A DNA stretch of 64,000 nt from an uncultured Acidobacteriaceae bacterium (GCA_963721995.1 CAVRNK010000064.1:6569-70568), one strand, 5' to 3'; positions 27,517 through 38,253 are shown, counted from the stretch's first letter. Program-made: numbers and translations. Notes: generated by a model not told the origin, from the letters alone.

Positions 27517-30072
27517 TTACCCTCGGACCAGGGGACGCCCTCGCATGCTGCGGAACAGCGGCGTTATGGCGCTCACGGCGAAAGTCTGCGAAAACGGGTT
27601 ACCCGGGTTCGCCGGCAGCTGGCCGTAGGAACTCGTGGCTCTTTCACAGGTGAATCCGGTAATGTCCTCCACGCATTTGGCGGGTTCCTGATTCGTTACC
27701 GTAAGGGCGCTGGACGCTGAATAGGTAATGATTCCCGCCCCGGATGTGAGCACCGCGCTCTCTCCGTTGACCGGTCCGACCAGGTTTAGTGTGAATGCGA
27801 TGATTGGCGCTACGTCGTTCGCCGATAACCCATTCGCTGTCAGCAGCGCTGGTATGGTTGGCGGCGATGGGGTGTATTTCACCCCGTTCACAATCCAGGC
27901 AACGGTGTTGACGTTTCCGCTCGAGTCGTTGCCCAGAGCGATCTCATACACGCCTACCGGGAGGCTTCCCGTGCTCGGCACACCCGGGCCCAGAGGCGTG
28001 GTGTACTCATTGCCCGGAAAGATGACGACGTCGGTAAAGGTGTGCCAGGTATTGATCGCTCCCAAAAGCTGCGTGCCCCAGAGATTGATGATGTATTGCT
28101 GCCAGGCAGGATATTTGGGATTCGACGACGTGGGCGGCGGCGAGTAACAGTTCAACTGGAAACTCAACCCTGGAGTTCCCGTAGGGGGCGCGGCCGGGCA
28201 TCCAGGCGGCGCAGCGCCCGTTGACTCCCAAACGATCTCTTCGGTGACCTGAATCTTCACGGATACGTTGATCAGGTTCGCGCAGCCGCTGGCCGTGGGC
28301 TGAAACATGAAATAGTTGTTGTTGCTTCCCAAGCCTCCACCGGGCTCACCCGGACCGCTCGGAGGCGGCACTGGTGCCTGAACCTTTACACCGCCTTGAT
28401 CGGAAGGAACTTTGTTCAAGCCGCAGAGCGCCTGCCCCGCGGTAAGCACATCGCCCACCACCAACGCTGGCACCCCTACCGGCAGACGAGCCTCGATCAA
28501 CGGAGGCGTCCCTGTCGGCGGACCAGCTTCGGCTTCGATGCTGTCAACCGGCGCGCTGCGCGCGTGATTGTTCACGAACAGGGTGACCTGCGCCCCAGGA
28601 ACGACATCCTTCGCCAGGACTGAAGTGGCGCTGGTCAGCACATAACTGCCCACGACTGCAGGAACCGACAGTTTAGGAGAAGGTTGAACCCGGACCGGGG
28701 GCGCTGGCGGCAGACTCGCGCCGCAGCCTAGTTGCTTCACATAGATTTCTTCATTGGTGATCAGTGGCCAGAATAGCTTGATAGGAAACTTCGCCGTCGT
28801 CGCTACCACCGGGTTCGAGCGTGGAATCGCAGGTGGACCCTGCGCGAACACCTGAATCAGGCATCCCGGATTGGCCCCATCGACAAACACCGAGCTTGCA
28901 CAATCGTAGAGCGGCTTCTGCACTGTTGGCGGGGGATACGGGCCAGGCGGTTCCTTGACTGGAACCGCGGTATACCCCGGGCTCGGCAGCCCCTTGTCGC
29001 AAAGCAGTGCTCCGATCCGAAGCGTAACCGGGCCAACCGCTGCCGACGGGTACCAGCCTTTCGGCAATGGAACCGGGCCCGGGCCGGATACGCCACACGA
29101 TCCGAGCGGTTGGACCTGCGGCCCGCTCGTCGTGCTGTAGCTTGCTTCAAGAGTCAGGACTTCACCCCCGACGACGCCGAAGACGTTCAGCAAGGTCACG
29201 TCCGAGCACGGGGCATATGAGACCTTCGGGAACGCCGGAGCATCTGGTTTCACCGTAAACGTTGTAGTGGGCGCCTCCTCTTGCTTGCACCTCGTGAAAT
29301 ACTGCTGCGCGGTCGACGATCCGGCCAGCAAAGGCGGAGCCAGGTCGTACAAGTTATAGGAGCTCGATGGACTGGTAGCGGCATATTCGTTGCTCCCGTT
29401 GATGATCTTCAGATCCGCGCCCGGCTGCATGTCGGAGAAGTTCAGGTTCGTTTGGCAGGCCAGGGGTGTAGGCGGCGCGACGTCTGGCGCTCCGAGAGGG
29501 GGCGCCACCGGAATCGGGTTGCTTGTCGTGATGGAACTCTTCAAGGCCCCGATGTTCTGCTGGGCTTCGAGCACAGCGTCTTCGATTATCGTCGCTGCGG
29601 CGAGTTGGAACCATTGGGGCGATTGGGTAACCTCCGCAGCGCTGACCAGGATCGTCGCCCCCATCTTGACGGTCAGGGTCGCCCCCGCAATCAATCCGTC
29701 GACGTAAATCCAATCCATGCACGTGCACAATCCTGACGCGAAGATAGGCGCCGGCAGTGGCTCGGGCGGCCTCACAACCGGAACGGGCAAGGTAGAAGCA
29801 GGGCTTTGGCCAGACACCAGGATCTTGGGGTTATGGCCCTGATATTCCTGTTTCGCGGTGATCTCTTGTCCTGCATTGAGTGTTGCCGTCAACGGAACCC
29901 AGATACTACCGCCACCCGCAGACGTCGTAGCCGTTCCGACGACGTGGGTGCTGGCTGCGTCGTTATAAACCCACACTTTCACGTTCGGCAGCAGACTGGT
30001 GACATTTACCTGTTTGCTTGTGGTGTACACCGGCCCATTAACAATCGGTGGCAGCGGGGGCGCATTTGCCAT
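27517..30072 (-). CDS. Large Pro/Cys-rich hypothetical protein: tandem beta-sandwich-like repeats plus a distinct C-terminal domain
   Basis: 851-aa ORF with RBS gaggagg; about six ~90-aa units of P..P.V..P...C...V.V....PGA.V.V. Confidence 0.85.
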   Translation of the reverse strand: MANAPPLPPIVNGPVYTTSKQVNVTSLLPNVKVWVYNDAASTHVVGTATTSAGGGSIWVPLTATLNAGQEITAKQEYQGHNPKILVSGQSPASTLPVPVVRPPEPLPAPIFASGLCTCMDWIYVDGLIAGATLTVKMGATILVSAAEVTQSPQWFQLAAATIIEDAVLEAQQNIGALKSSITTSNPIPVAPPLGAPDVAPPTPLACQTNLNFSDMQPGADLKIINGSNEYAATSPSSSYNLYDLAPPLLAGSSTAQQYFTRCKQEEAPTTTFTVKPDAPAFPKVSYAPCSDVTLLNVFGVVGGEVLTLEASYSTTSGPQVQPLGSCGVSGPGPVPLPKGWYPSAAVGPVTLRIGALLCDKGLPSPGYTAVPVKEPPGPYPPPTVQKPLYDCASSVFVDGANPGCLIQVFAQGPPAIPRSNPVVATTAKFPIKLFWPLITNEEIYVKQLGCGASLPPAPPVRVQPSPKLSVPAVVGSYVLTSATSVLAKDVVPGAQVTLFVNNHARSAPVDSIEAEAGPPTGTPPLIEARLPVGVPALVVGDVLTAGQALCGLNKVPSDQGGVKVQAPVPPPSGPGEPGGGLGSNNNYFMFQPTASGCANLINVSVKIQVTEEIVWESTGAAPPGCPAAPPTGTPGLSFQLNCYSPPPTSSNPKYPAWQQYIINLWGTQLLGAINTWHTFTDVVIFPGNEYTTPLGPGVPSTGSLPVGVYEIALGNDSSGNVNTVAWIVNGVKYTPSPPTIPALLTANGLSANDVAPIIAFTLNLVGPVNGESAVLTSGAGIITYSASSALTVTNQEPAKCVEDITGFTCERATSSYGQLPANPGNPFSQTFAVSAITPLFRSMRGRPLVRG

Positions 30073-30086
30073 ATGCCCTCCTCAAG

Positions 30087-30124
30087 TTGAATTTTCCAGG
30101 GGTTCTTGAATTTTCCAGGGGTTC
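30087..30124. repeat. Exact 19-bp tandem duplication
   Basis: ttgaattttccaggggttc x2, immediately upstream of the RBS of the 851-aa gene. Confidence 0.9.
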
Positions 30125-30795
30125 GGGTTAACCGGGGAATCGTTGGCGCAACCACACCGGGGAGTTGGGTAGTTAGAAAATGGCTTGCGCAATCACGCCA
30201 CGGCAAGCATACACCCAGACCGCCCCTGCAGGCTCACGGCCACAGAATAAAACCGGACTAGGTTTTTGTTGAAATGGCATAGGGCGGGTCCTCAACCATT
30301 CCTAGGACTTGGAACCTTTTCCGTGCCACGCCTGCGCTTGGAGACTCCTTGATAACGTGGGTGACCCCGAGTAAACCTCAACGGTTCCCGTCTTGTACGG
30401 GCAAAACGTGAAACGACAGAACGACTCCGTAACCGGGTACGAAATATTGACGGGATTTGAAACTACCGGATTGAGCTCTCCCGAGTCCGGCTGATGGACA
30501 AACTCAGTCAAGATGGGGACGCGATTGTAATTGGCGAACGCCGAGCTAAACGCTATCGGCTAACAAATGCCGGACTCATTAAGGCGCGGCAGGCAGCAAG
30601 AAACCCAAGTTCGTAATAAAAACGGTGTTTAACGACGGGGCGGGGCCAGCCATACCCGATGTTGAAAATATCTGGCCGACCATTTCGCTTTCACAGCTAA
30701 AATAGAAACAGAAGGCAAAGTAGGCCCGGCTCAGCGCAGCCGGGCCTTTCCCATTTTGGGAAGGCTCAGGATGGCATGGGTGCACATTTGCCCAG

Positions 30796-30950
30796 GCTAA
30801 ACCATGTGTTTTCTGATGTTTAGACATAAAGATCTTATTATGAATGAGTTACAAACCACATAACCCATAAGCTCAATGGAATGAAACGGTAACAGAATTT
30901 CAGGGGTTGGGGGTTGGGGGTTGGGGGTTGGGGGTTGGGGGGAGGGGGTA
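30796..30950 (-). repeat. Dispersed non-coding element, copy A (TACCCCCTCCCCC leader + three 27-bp semi-palindromic sites)
   Basis: Shares the exact 21-mer tgtggtttgtaactcattcat and the overall architecture with 36946-36982/39462-39551. Confidence 0.7.
30903..30948 (+). repeat. (GGGGGTT)n heptamer tandem repeat, potential G-quadruplex
   Basis: GGGGTT + 4x GGGGGTT + G6-A-G5; seven G-tracts. Confidence 0.9.
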
Positions 30951-30957
30951 GATCCCG

Positions 30958-31716
30958 CTAGTCCGCGACCACGCCTGCGAACAGGGCTGGATCCGCAGTA
31001 ACGCCGATCTGCCCCGGAGCGGCAGCCAGGAGGTATCGCTCGACCCCGAGATGCTTTCGGAGGACATTGCCCACGCGATCCAGGATGACCACCTGTGAGC
31101 TGTGCTTGCGGAATGCCTCGATCTTGCGTTCGGCAAATTTGCCGAGTTCCAGCGTCAGCGAATACGGCACCGTCGGCGAGCCAGACAACTCGGGACGGTT
31201 CCGCACCATGACCCAGGGCGTGTTGGCGTAATAGAGCTTCTGCGCAGCATAAGGTTGAAGGCCTCGCTCCAACTGCTCGGCGAAGAACTCGCGGCGCCCA
31301 GCCCAGTGAAACGCAGCCGTCGTCGCGACCGACACCATGGTGTGGTCGCGATGGAGGTTTACGTTGCCGTCTCCCCCAAAGGTGAGCACCACCTGTGGGC
31401 GGACTGACCGAATACGCTCGGCGATGACACCTGCCAGCGCGTAGAAATCCTGCTGCGGCAGCTCTCCGTCGGGATAATGCAGGATCTCATGGCGAGTGAC
31501 GCCCAGCACTGCACACGCCGCGGCCAGCTCTGTACGACGCATCTGGCCAAGCTCGGCATCGTCAGCGGCCTCGCCGCGATGATGCGCCGCCTGACCATCC
31601 GTCAGGCACAGCAGATTGGTCTCGACACCGTCCCGGTGAGACATCAGCAGGGCGCCTCCGAAGGCTCCGCTCTCGTCGTCAGGGTGTGCGGTTACGCAGA
31701 GCAGGCGGAAGGGCAA
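30958..31716 (-). CDS. PIG-L family deacetylase
   Basis: AHPDDE, TDGQ, R..EL..AC..LG, HRDH and HSSQ motifs. Confidence 0.9.
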   Translation of the reverse strand: MPFRLLCVTAHPDDESGAFGGALLMSHRDGVETNLLCLTDGQAAHHRGEAADDAELGQMRRTELAAACAVLGVTRHEILHYPDGELPQQDFYALAGVIAERIRSVRPQVVLTFGGDGNVNLHRDHTMVSVATTAAFHWAGRREFFAEQLERGLQPYAAQKLYYANTPWVMVRNRPELSGSPTVPYSLTLELGKFAERKIEAFRKHSSQVVILDRVGNVLRKHLGVERYLLAAAPGQIGVTADPALFAGVVAD

Positions 31717-32474
31717 GTCGGATCCTCAGAGGGAAGGGGATTGTCCCAGGGCAGCGTGGTTTGCGCCACCGGGCTGAAGCTCTTGCGGTGGAGGGGGCAC
31801 GGGCCATGCTTATCGAGCGCCGCCAGGTGCTGCGGCGTGCTGTAGCCCTTGTGTGACGCCAGCCCATATTGGGGATACTCCCGGTCGAGCTCGCGCATGC
31901 GCCCGTCGCGATAGACCTTTGCGATGACGGATGCTGCGGCAATTGAAATCGACAGCGAATCGCCGTAGATGATGCTGGTCTGAGCACATTCAATATCGAG
32001 GCGCATGGCGTCGATCAGCAGATGGTCGGGGGCGAAGGAAAGCTTGACGACCGCGGACTTCATGGCGATACGTGTCGCCTGGTAGATGTTCACGCGATCG
32101 ATGGTCTCGGCGTCGACCTCGGCTATGGAGATCGCAAGAGCCTTGCGCTCGACGACCTTGGCCAGGCGTTCACGGTCCTCGCGGAGAAGTTGCTTGGAGT
32201 CGCGCAGCCCGCGGATGCGCGTGTCGGGTGGGAGAATGACGGCGGCGGCTACAACAGGCCCGAATAACGCCCCCCGGCCCACCTCGTCGACGCCTGCGAT
32301 CGTCGTGGCTCCCTGGCTGCGTGCGGCCCTCTCGTACTTGTTGCCGCACACCAGCGTGCGCAGCATGCGCAGCTTGCGAGTCGCCGCCGAAACGCTCTCT
32401 TCATCAGCGAGCTGCTCGGCGAGAAGCTCGGGTTCCAACTTCAGATTCAGGGCGGGGTCGGTCAGTTGCGCCAT
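31692..32474 (-). CDS. rnhB: Ribonuclease HII
   Basis: AGVDEVGRG, DSKQL, SIAAASVIAKV.RD, HKGY and HRKSF; start approximate. Confidence 0.95.
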   Translation of the reverse strand: MAQLTDPALNLKLEPELLAEQLADEESVSAATRKLRMLRTLVCGNKYERAARSQGATTIAGVDEVGRGALFGPVVAAAVILPPDTRIRGLRDSKQLLREDRERLAKVVERKALAISIAEVDAETIDRVNIYQATRIAMKSAVVKLSFAPDHLLIDAMRLDIECAQTSIIYGDSLSISIAAASVIAKVYRDGRMRELDREYPQYGLASHKGYSTPQHLAALDKHGPCPLHRKSFSPVAQTTLPWDNPLPSEDPTCPSACSA

Positions 32475-32582
32475 CAAACTGAGTCTACCGCGCATGGCAA
32501 CTGCGGAGGCTAGTGGAAAACCGGGGTGCAAACACACAAACGCCCCGGATTCGCGATCCCCGGGGCGTCAGGCGGAATTACT

Positions 32583-32936
32583 TTAGGCGCGCTCGATTTC
32601 CTTCAGGCGGGCGGCCTTGCCGCGGAGTCCGCGCAGGTAAAAGAGCTTGGCGCGGCGAACTTTGGCCGACCGGATCTTCTCCACCTTGTCGACGACCTTG
32701 GAATTGAAGGGGAAGATGCGCTCGACGCCATGACCGAAGCTCATCTTGCGAACCGTGAAACTGCCCTGGGCGCCATTCTTGCGCGCGATGACGATGCCTT
32801 CAAAAGCCTGGAGGCGCTCTTTATCGCCTTCTTTGATTTTGACCTGCACGCGAACCGTGTCACCCGCTGCAAACTCGGGAATATCGGTGCGATTGATCTT
32901 TTCGGCAAGCCGCTGCATTACTGGATGAATAGACAT
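32583..32936 (-). CDS. rplS: 50S ribosomal protein L19
   Basis: [38 protein letters not shown]. Confidence 0.97.
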   Translation of the reverse strand: MSIHPVMQRLAEKINRTDIPEFAAGDTVRVQVKIKEGDKERLQAFEGIVIARKNGAQGSFTVRKMSFGHGVERIFPFNSKVVDKVEKIRSAKVRRAKLFYLRGLRGKAARLKEIERA

Positions 32937-32981
32937 AAATCGTTCCTGGTGATGATGTCAGAACTTTTAGTTTACAAGAAA

Positions 32982-33791
32982 TCAGGACTTCGCGCGCATC
33001 AGATCAGCCAGAAATGTCCTGTCTTCACGCGAGAGATCGGCGTTTTCCAGAAGGTCGGGCCTGTTCTTAAACGTTTTTTCGAGCGCCCTCTCTCGTCTCC
33101 ACTTGCGTATCGCGGCATGGTCGCCGCCGGCAAGGACTTCAGGCACGGCGAGTCCGCGAAACTCGGCAGGACGGGTGTAGTGCGGATAATCGAGAATGCC
33201 ACCGGAACCGTGGGTTGAGCGAGGCGGTCCCTGCGTCTCGGCGAAATGATTATCCCCGTGTCCGAAGCTCTCAAAGGCGCTCGAATCTTCATTACCAAGC
33301 ACGCCGGATAGCAGGCGCATCGTGGCATCGATGATGACTGCCGCGGCTAATTCGCCTCCGGAGAGAACGTAATCGCCAATCGAGAGTTCTCGGTCCGAGA
33401 CCAATTCATTGACGCGCTCATCCACGCCTTCGTAGCGGCCGCAGAGAAGAACGATCCGGTCTGACTCAGCCAACTCGCGTGCGGTTGCCTGAGTAAATCT
33501 CGCACCCTGCGCTGACAGCAGGATCACCGATTCTCGCTGTGGGTTTCGTTCCGGCTTCGGCGTCACTCCCAGGGATTCAACCGCCTCGACCAACGGCTCA
33601 GGCTTGAGAACCATGCCTTCTCCGCCGCCGAAGGGGCGGTCGTCCACGGTGCGATGGCGGTCATGGGTGAAGGTGCGCAGATCGTGGGTCTCGACCTGGA
33701 TCAGTCCCTTCACGAGAGCACGTTTGACTATGCCATAGCCAAACGTGCCGGTGAAAAGATCTGGAAAAATGGTGATGATATCGAAACGCAT
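32982..33791 (-). CDS. trmD: tRNA (guanine37-N1)-methyltransferase
   Basis: DDRPFGGGEGM, CGRYEGVDER, SIGDYVLSGGE and PHYTRP. Confidence 0.97.
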   Translation of the reverse strand: MRFDIITIFPDLFTGTFGYGIVKRALVKGLIQVETHDLRTFTHDRHRTVDDRPFGGGEGMVLKPEPLVEAVESLGVTPKPERNPQRESVILLSAQGARFTQATARELAESDRIVLLCGRYEGVDERVNELVSDRELSIGDYVLSGGELAAAVIIDATMRLLSGVLGNEDSSAFESFGHGDNHFAETQGPPRSTHGSGGILDYPHYTRPAEFRGLAVPEVLAGGDHAAIRKWRRERALEKTFKNRPDLLENADLSREDRTFLADLMRAKS

Positions 33792-33808
33792 GCGGCGTAT
33801 CTTCAGCT

Positions 33809-34426
33809 TCACTCGTCGTTGGCGGCATTGTCCAGAGAGGAACGCTCTTCTTCGGTGATGGGTGCGTTGATGTCAAGCAGGCCGACGGGTAGACGCATGT
33901 TGATACGCTTATCAGGAAGGTCGATGTCGACCAGATACTCCTTCGCGAAGGGAATGAGAATCTCATTGCCGCGCGACGGCTGAACGATCAGTAGCCCAGC
34001 CTTAGGGTCCACATCCGTGACCTTTCCAACGGACATCGGCTCAGACGCGACGTCGACGATTTCGCAGCCGATCAGATCGCTGATGTAAACGGCATCGTCA
34101 GCCAGTACTGCGCGTTCACTCGCAGGGATGGCCACCAGCAGATCGCGAAGGGACTTGGCGTCGCTGATAGACTCAATGCCCGAGAACTTGAGGACGACCC
34201 GGCCCTTATGCAGCCAGTGGCGCTCGAGTGTCATTTCGCGGGCAGGGCTCTGGCTCGTCTCAGAAGCGACGAGATAGAGCCGTTTGCGCTCAGCGAAGCG
34301 CTCCGGGAAGTCCGTGAGCAGGTCAGCGACAATCTCGCCGTGCCGACCCTGTGGACGCACAAGCCGCGCCACAATCGCCCATTGGGTATGGCTCACGGGC
34401 GATTGCGATTGGGGCGCCCGCCCCAT
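33809..34426 (-). CDS. rimM: Ribosome maturation factor RimM
   Basis: RPQGRHGE, YISDLIGC and ILIPF; position between khpA and trmD. Confidence 0.9.
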   Translation of the reverse strand: MGRAPQSQSPVSHTQWAIVARLVRPQGRHGEIVADLLTDFPERFAERKRLYLVASETSQSPAREMTLERHWLHKGRVVLKFSGIESISDAKSLRDLLVAIPASERAVLADDAVYISDLIGCEIVDVASEPMSVGKVTDVDPKAGLLIVQPSRGNEILIPFAKEYLVDIDLPDKRINMRLPVGLLDINAPITEEERSSLDNAANDE

Positions 34427-34429
34427 TGT

Positions 34430-34714
34430 TTACTCACCGGGTACCGCGTGCTTATCCTCTTCCAGGATGTCCAGCGTATAGCGGTGATGATGCTTCATAC
34501 TGACCGCGCCAAGAATGGTTCGCATGGAACGCGCGGTGCGTCCCTGCTTGCCGATCACCTTGCCGACGTCGCTGGGCGCAACCCGCAGCCGCAGCACCGT
34601 GCTCTCTTCGCGTTCAACCGCTTCAACAACAACTGCGTCGGGTTCATCGACCAGGGCGCGGGCAATTTCAGTTACCAGCTCCTGCATGTCATCCGGGCGT
34701 TCTTCGTGCGTCAT
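34430..34714 (-). CDS. khpA: KH-domain RNA-binding protein
   Basis: DVGKVIGKQGRTARSMRT; between rpsP and rimM. Confidence 0.9.
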   Translation of the reverse strand: MTHEERPDDMQELVTEIARALVDEPDAVVVEAVEREESTVLRLRVAPSDVGKVIGKQGRTARSMRTILGAVSMKHHHRYTLDILEEDKHAVPGE

Positions 34715-34867
34715 TGCCTGGCCCCCCTTGAGGACGTGGGTGTTTCACTCTCGGGCTCGCGCCATACTATCAGTAACTTCGCGAGGAAGACAGAGGAATT
34801 CTCGAGTTGGCGGTTTGCACTCGTAGGAATTCCAGTGTCAGGGGAGGAGACTTTGCGATTGTCGAAG

Positions 34868-35116
34868 TTAAGCTGCGGGTGTCTCGACCGGATGCGCAGT
34901 TAACTTGGCTACGCGCTCGGAGAGCTGCGCGCCCTTGCTGGTCCAGTAGTCGATTCGATCACGCTTCAGATCGACGGTAGCCGGGTTGGTGCGCGGGTTG
35001 TAGGTTCCGACCACCTCGATCGAGCGACCATTGCGAGCGCGGTCCTTCTCGATCACGACGACGCGGTAGTACGGCTGCTTGCGCGCACCAAAGCGCGCCA
35101 AACGAATCATCAACAC
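34868..35116 (-). CDS. rpsP: 30S ribosomal protein S16
   Basis: IRLARFGARKQPYYRVVV..RNGRSIE.VGTYNP. Confidence 0.97.
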   Translation of the reverse strand: MLMIRLARFGARKQPYYRVVVIEKDRARNGRSIEVVGTYNPRTNPATVDLKRDRIDYWTSKGAQLSERVAKLTAHPVETPAA

Positions 35117-35242
35117 AGGGCAAATCCTTTCAATTCCTTGTTTGGGGAGGCGGTTCGACTCGACCCCACGCGGGGGCGCGGATCCGCGCGCTAAATCCCA
35201 GCAACTTAGTATAACAGGGCTGCCGCCAACTAGAAACCTGTG

Positions 35243-36097
35243 TCAGCGCTGAGCGGAGGGAAAAAGGAACCGCAGCATCGGGGCGACGCGGTGGGACCAC
35301 GCGGTTTCGTCATGGGTGCCCCCGGGTACGCGCTCGTAGTGGAGGTCGCGCTCCGGGATCCAGCCGCCTGCCAGGAGTCGGCGATCAAGGAGGTCGGTGT
35401 CGGTCAAGGTGCGGCGGCCCTCAGCGTCTCCCACGTCGATCCAGATGCGGGGACGCTGCTTCAGCCGCGGGGCGGTCTCGTTCACATAGCCCACGATGGA
35501 CTTGTGGTTCCACCAGATCGAGGGGGACATAACGGCGAGCCTGCCGAAGACGCCGGGGTACTTCAAGCCAAGGTAGAGGGTTACCAGGCCGCCGAGGGAT
35601 GAGCCGCCCAGGCCGGTGGCCTGCACCTCTCCGCGTATGCGGTAGGTGGAGGCGATGAAAGGTAGCAGGTCATCGGTGAGGAGGTCGCCGTACTTGTTTG
35701 CTTCGCCGCCGCCCATCTTCCAATCGCGGGTGGGGGTGTACTCTGCGATCCGGCGTTCGCCGGTGTTGGCGATTCCGACGATGATCAGGGGTTCGACCTC
35801 GCCGGCTTCGATGACGGTGTCTGCGGTTTCGGCGACCTGCCAGGTGCGGCCGGGGATGAAGGAGGTTCGGGGGTCGAAGAGGTTCTGGCCGTCGTGGAGG
35901 TAAAGCACCGGGTAGTGGCGGCCGGGCTCATCGTCATAGCCGGGCGGCAGGTAGACGGTCACATCGCGGTCGTCGGGAAGGAAGCGGCTGCGGAACTGGG
36001 GATGGAAGCGAAGGCGCGGATGAGGGAGCGCTTCCGGTTGGGGTGGTTCAGCCAGTGCTGGGTCAACCTGTAACTGAGCCGAGATTTGTGTCGCCAA
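35243..36097 (-). CDS. Alpha/beta hydrolase, putative esterase
   Basis: VYLPPGY, YPVLYLHDGQN, GSSLGG and H.E..W; start uncertain (TTG 36097). Confidence 0.88.
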   Translation of the reverse strand: MATQISAQLQVDPALAEPPQPEALPHPRLRFHPQFRSRFLPDDRDVTVYLPPGYDDEPGRHYPVLYLHDGQNLFDPRTSFIPGRTWQVAETADTVIEAGEVEPLIIVGIANTGERRIAEYTPTRDWKMGGGEANKYGDLLTDDLLPFIASTYRIRGEVQATGLGGSSLGGLVTLYLGLKYPGVFGRLAVMSPSIWWNHKSIVGYVNETAPRLKQRPRIWIDVGDAEGRRTLTDTDLLDRRLLAGGWIPERDLHYERVPGGTHDETAWSHRVAPMLRFLFPSAQR

Positions 36098-36198
36098 TCC
36101 GCCTTTGCCCTTTCCTTGCCGGGATTTCCGTTGCTGCTCCACCTTGCTTACATTAGAGCGCGTGCTGCCTGTTACAGTATCAGGATTGTGAACCAATT

Positions 36199-36909
36199 AT
36201 GAATCGCGAATATCACAAGTGGTGGTCTCCCCGCCTGGGGCGGGATATGGAGCTGCTGGTCTTCGGGCACGCGGGCGTGCCGATGGTGGTCTTTCCCACG
36301 TCGCAGGGGCGGTTCTATGAATTCGAGGACCGCGGCCTGATCGGGGCCATCGCTCACAAGATCGACAACGGCGAGATCCAGCTTTATTGCCTGGACAGCG
36401 TCGATTCGGAGAGCTGGTACAACCGGGCCGTGCCGCCCCGGTGGCGGATCGCCCGTCACGTTCAGTACGAGAGCTATGTGATGGACGAGGTCCTGCCTCT
36501 CATCCGGCTCAAGAACTGGAATCCCCACCTGGCCAGCCTGGGGTGCAGCTTCGGCGGGTACCACGCGGTGAACATCGCGCTGCGCCATCCCGACCGGTTT
36601 ACGGGGTTCCTGTCGATGAGCGGCGCCTTCGACATGAGCGGCTTCCTGAACGGGTACCACGACGACGATGTCTACTTCAACACACCGACCAATTACATCC
36701 GGAACATGGGCGACGGGTGGTATCTCGAGCGGTATGCGCGCAGCACCTACATACTCGCTACGGGCTGGGACGACCAGTGCCTGGGCGCCAATCAGTATCT
36801 ATCGGGGGTGATGGGCGACAAGTGGATTCCCTACAAGCTCTACGTCTGGGACTCGTGGAACAGCCACGACTGGCCGACGTGGGCGCGGATGATGAACGAG
36901 TACCTGTGA
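36199..36909 (+). CDS. Alpha/beta hydrolase, putative esterase
   Basis: FGHAG.P..VFPTS.G, GCSFGG and HDWPTW. Confidence 0.88.
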   Translation: MNREYHKWWSPRLGRDMELLVFGHAGVPMVVFPTSQGRFYEFEDRGLIGAIAHKIDNGEIQLYCLDSVDSESWYNRAVPPRWRIARHVQYESYVMDEVLPLIRLKNWNPHLASLGCSFGGYHAVNIALRHPDRFTGFLSMSGAFDMSGFLNGYHDDDVYFNTPTNYIRNMGDGWYLERYARSTYILATGWDDQCLGANQYLSGVMGDKWIPYKLYVWDSWNSHDWPTWARMMNEYL

Positions 36910-37033
36910 CGCCTTCCCGATCTGGGAGCGGCGGTACGACGGGGGTACCCCCTCCCCCCTCTATTTTTCTATGGCTTTGAACGGCAATAATATACTTGAC
37001 TGACTAGAAGATTAGGCGTAAGATTTTCATATC

Positions 37034-38008
37034 ATGGAAGCCCCAAAGACCTTACAGCAAGCAATTCAATACTTTAGCAACTTCGAGAACTGCCGGAAGT
37101 CCATGATTGCTGTGCGCTGGCTTGACGGAAATGTGCGCTGCCCGATTTGTGACTCGCAAAAGGTTACTTACCTCGAAAAAGCTCGCGTGTATCGCTGCTA
37201 CGGCGATCACCCAAAGCAGAAGTTCAGCCTCAAGGTTGGGACTGTCTTTGAGGATTCCGCCATCGGTCTAGACAAGTGGCTTCCGGCTGTTTGGCTCTTG
37301 GTGAACTGCAAGAACGGCATCAGCTCCTATGAACTGGCCCGTCACATTGGCGTCACTCAGAAGTCAGCATGGTTCATGCTCCATCGCATCCGCGAAGCCA
37401 TGAAGACTGGCACATTCGCCAAGCTCGGCGGAAGCTGAGTTTGGCCCTGTCGAAGTTGATGAGACTTTCGTAGGCGGAAAGCCCAACAAGATGCACCGCT
37501 CGCGCCGTCTTGCCATCAAGCGAGAATTCAGGGGCGATCATAAAACCCCTGTTGTGGGGATGCTGGACCGCAACGCTCGTCAGGTAAGGGCTAGGGTTAT
37601 CCCTAATGTCCGGCGCGATACTCTACAGGCTGAGATCCTGAACGAGATCGAGGGAAAGTCCACCGTCTACACCGATGGCGCACCCGTCTATGACAACCTG
37701 AAGATGCGGGAATTTGTACATGAGACCGTGAACCACGTTGAGGAATACGTTCGCGGCGAAGTCCACACTCAGGGAATCGAAAACTTCTGGTCTTACTCAA
37801 GCGCGGACTGAATGGCACCTATGTTGCGGTTGAGCCATTCCATCTGGATCGCTACGTGACTGAGCAGGTATTCAGGTTTAACAATCGTGCCACTAGGGAA
37901 AACCCTATAGATGACACCGACAGGTTTATGCTGGCAGTGTCGCAGATAGTAGGCAAGCGCCAAACCTATGAGGAACTGACTGGCAAGGTGGGAGGGGCGA
38001 TCAGCTAA
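37034..38008 (+). pseudogene. IS1595/ISXO2-like DDE transposase with two frameshifts
   Basis: Zn ribbon CPIC, HTH (SAWFMLHRIR), then VDET, YTDG, VNH, HTQGIENFWS and FRFNNR across frames; shifts near 37435 and 37793. Confidence 0.9.
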
Positions 38009-38190
38009 GGACGTTTGGATGAAGCGCCAGAAGCGCGGGAAACGGTCTTAGCTTTCCTATCGGCTTCGATTCCTGCTTTGATTTCAGAATGCGGAACCTG
38101 CACAAGTTTCCGCATAAAATCTGTGAACTTGTCGAAATCACCCGACAAGGTTTTCGCGTGAGGTTCGTCGCTACTTGAGTTGCCGCTCAT
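38005..38190 (-). CDS. Small IS passenger protein (61 aa)
   Basis: Amphipathic FDKFTDFMRKLVQVPHSEI; convergent with and overlapping the transposase stop. Confidence 0.55.
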   Translation of the reverse strand: MSGNSSSDEPHAKTLSGDFDKFTDFMRKLVQVPHSEIKAGIEADRKAKTVSRASGASSKRP

Positions 38191-38253
38191 GGTCGCGTCT
38201 AAACCTTTCCTAGCCCGTAGTGTATCACGCGGCGGAAAGGCGATATGCCAAGA

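Noticed and set aside
30130..30790. Short ORFs upstream of the 851-aa gene and a possible sigma54 site near 30190
   Set aside because: ORFs are fragmentary without motifs; GG-GC spacing is off by one base.
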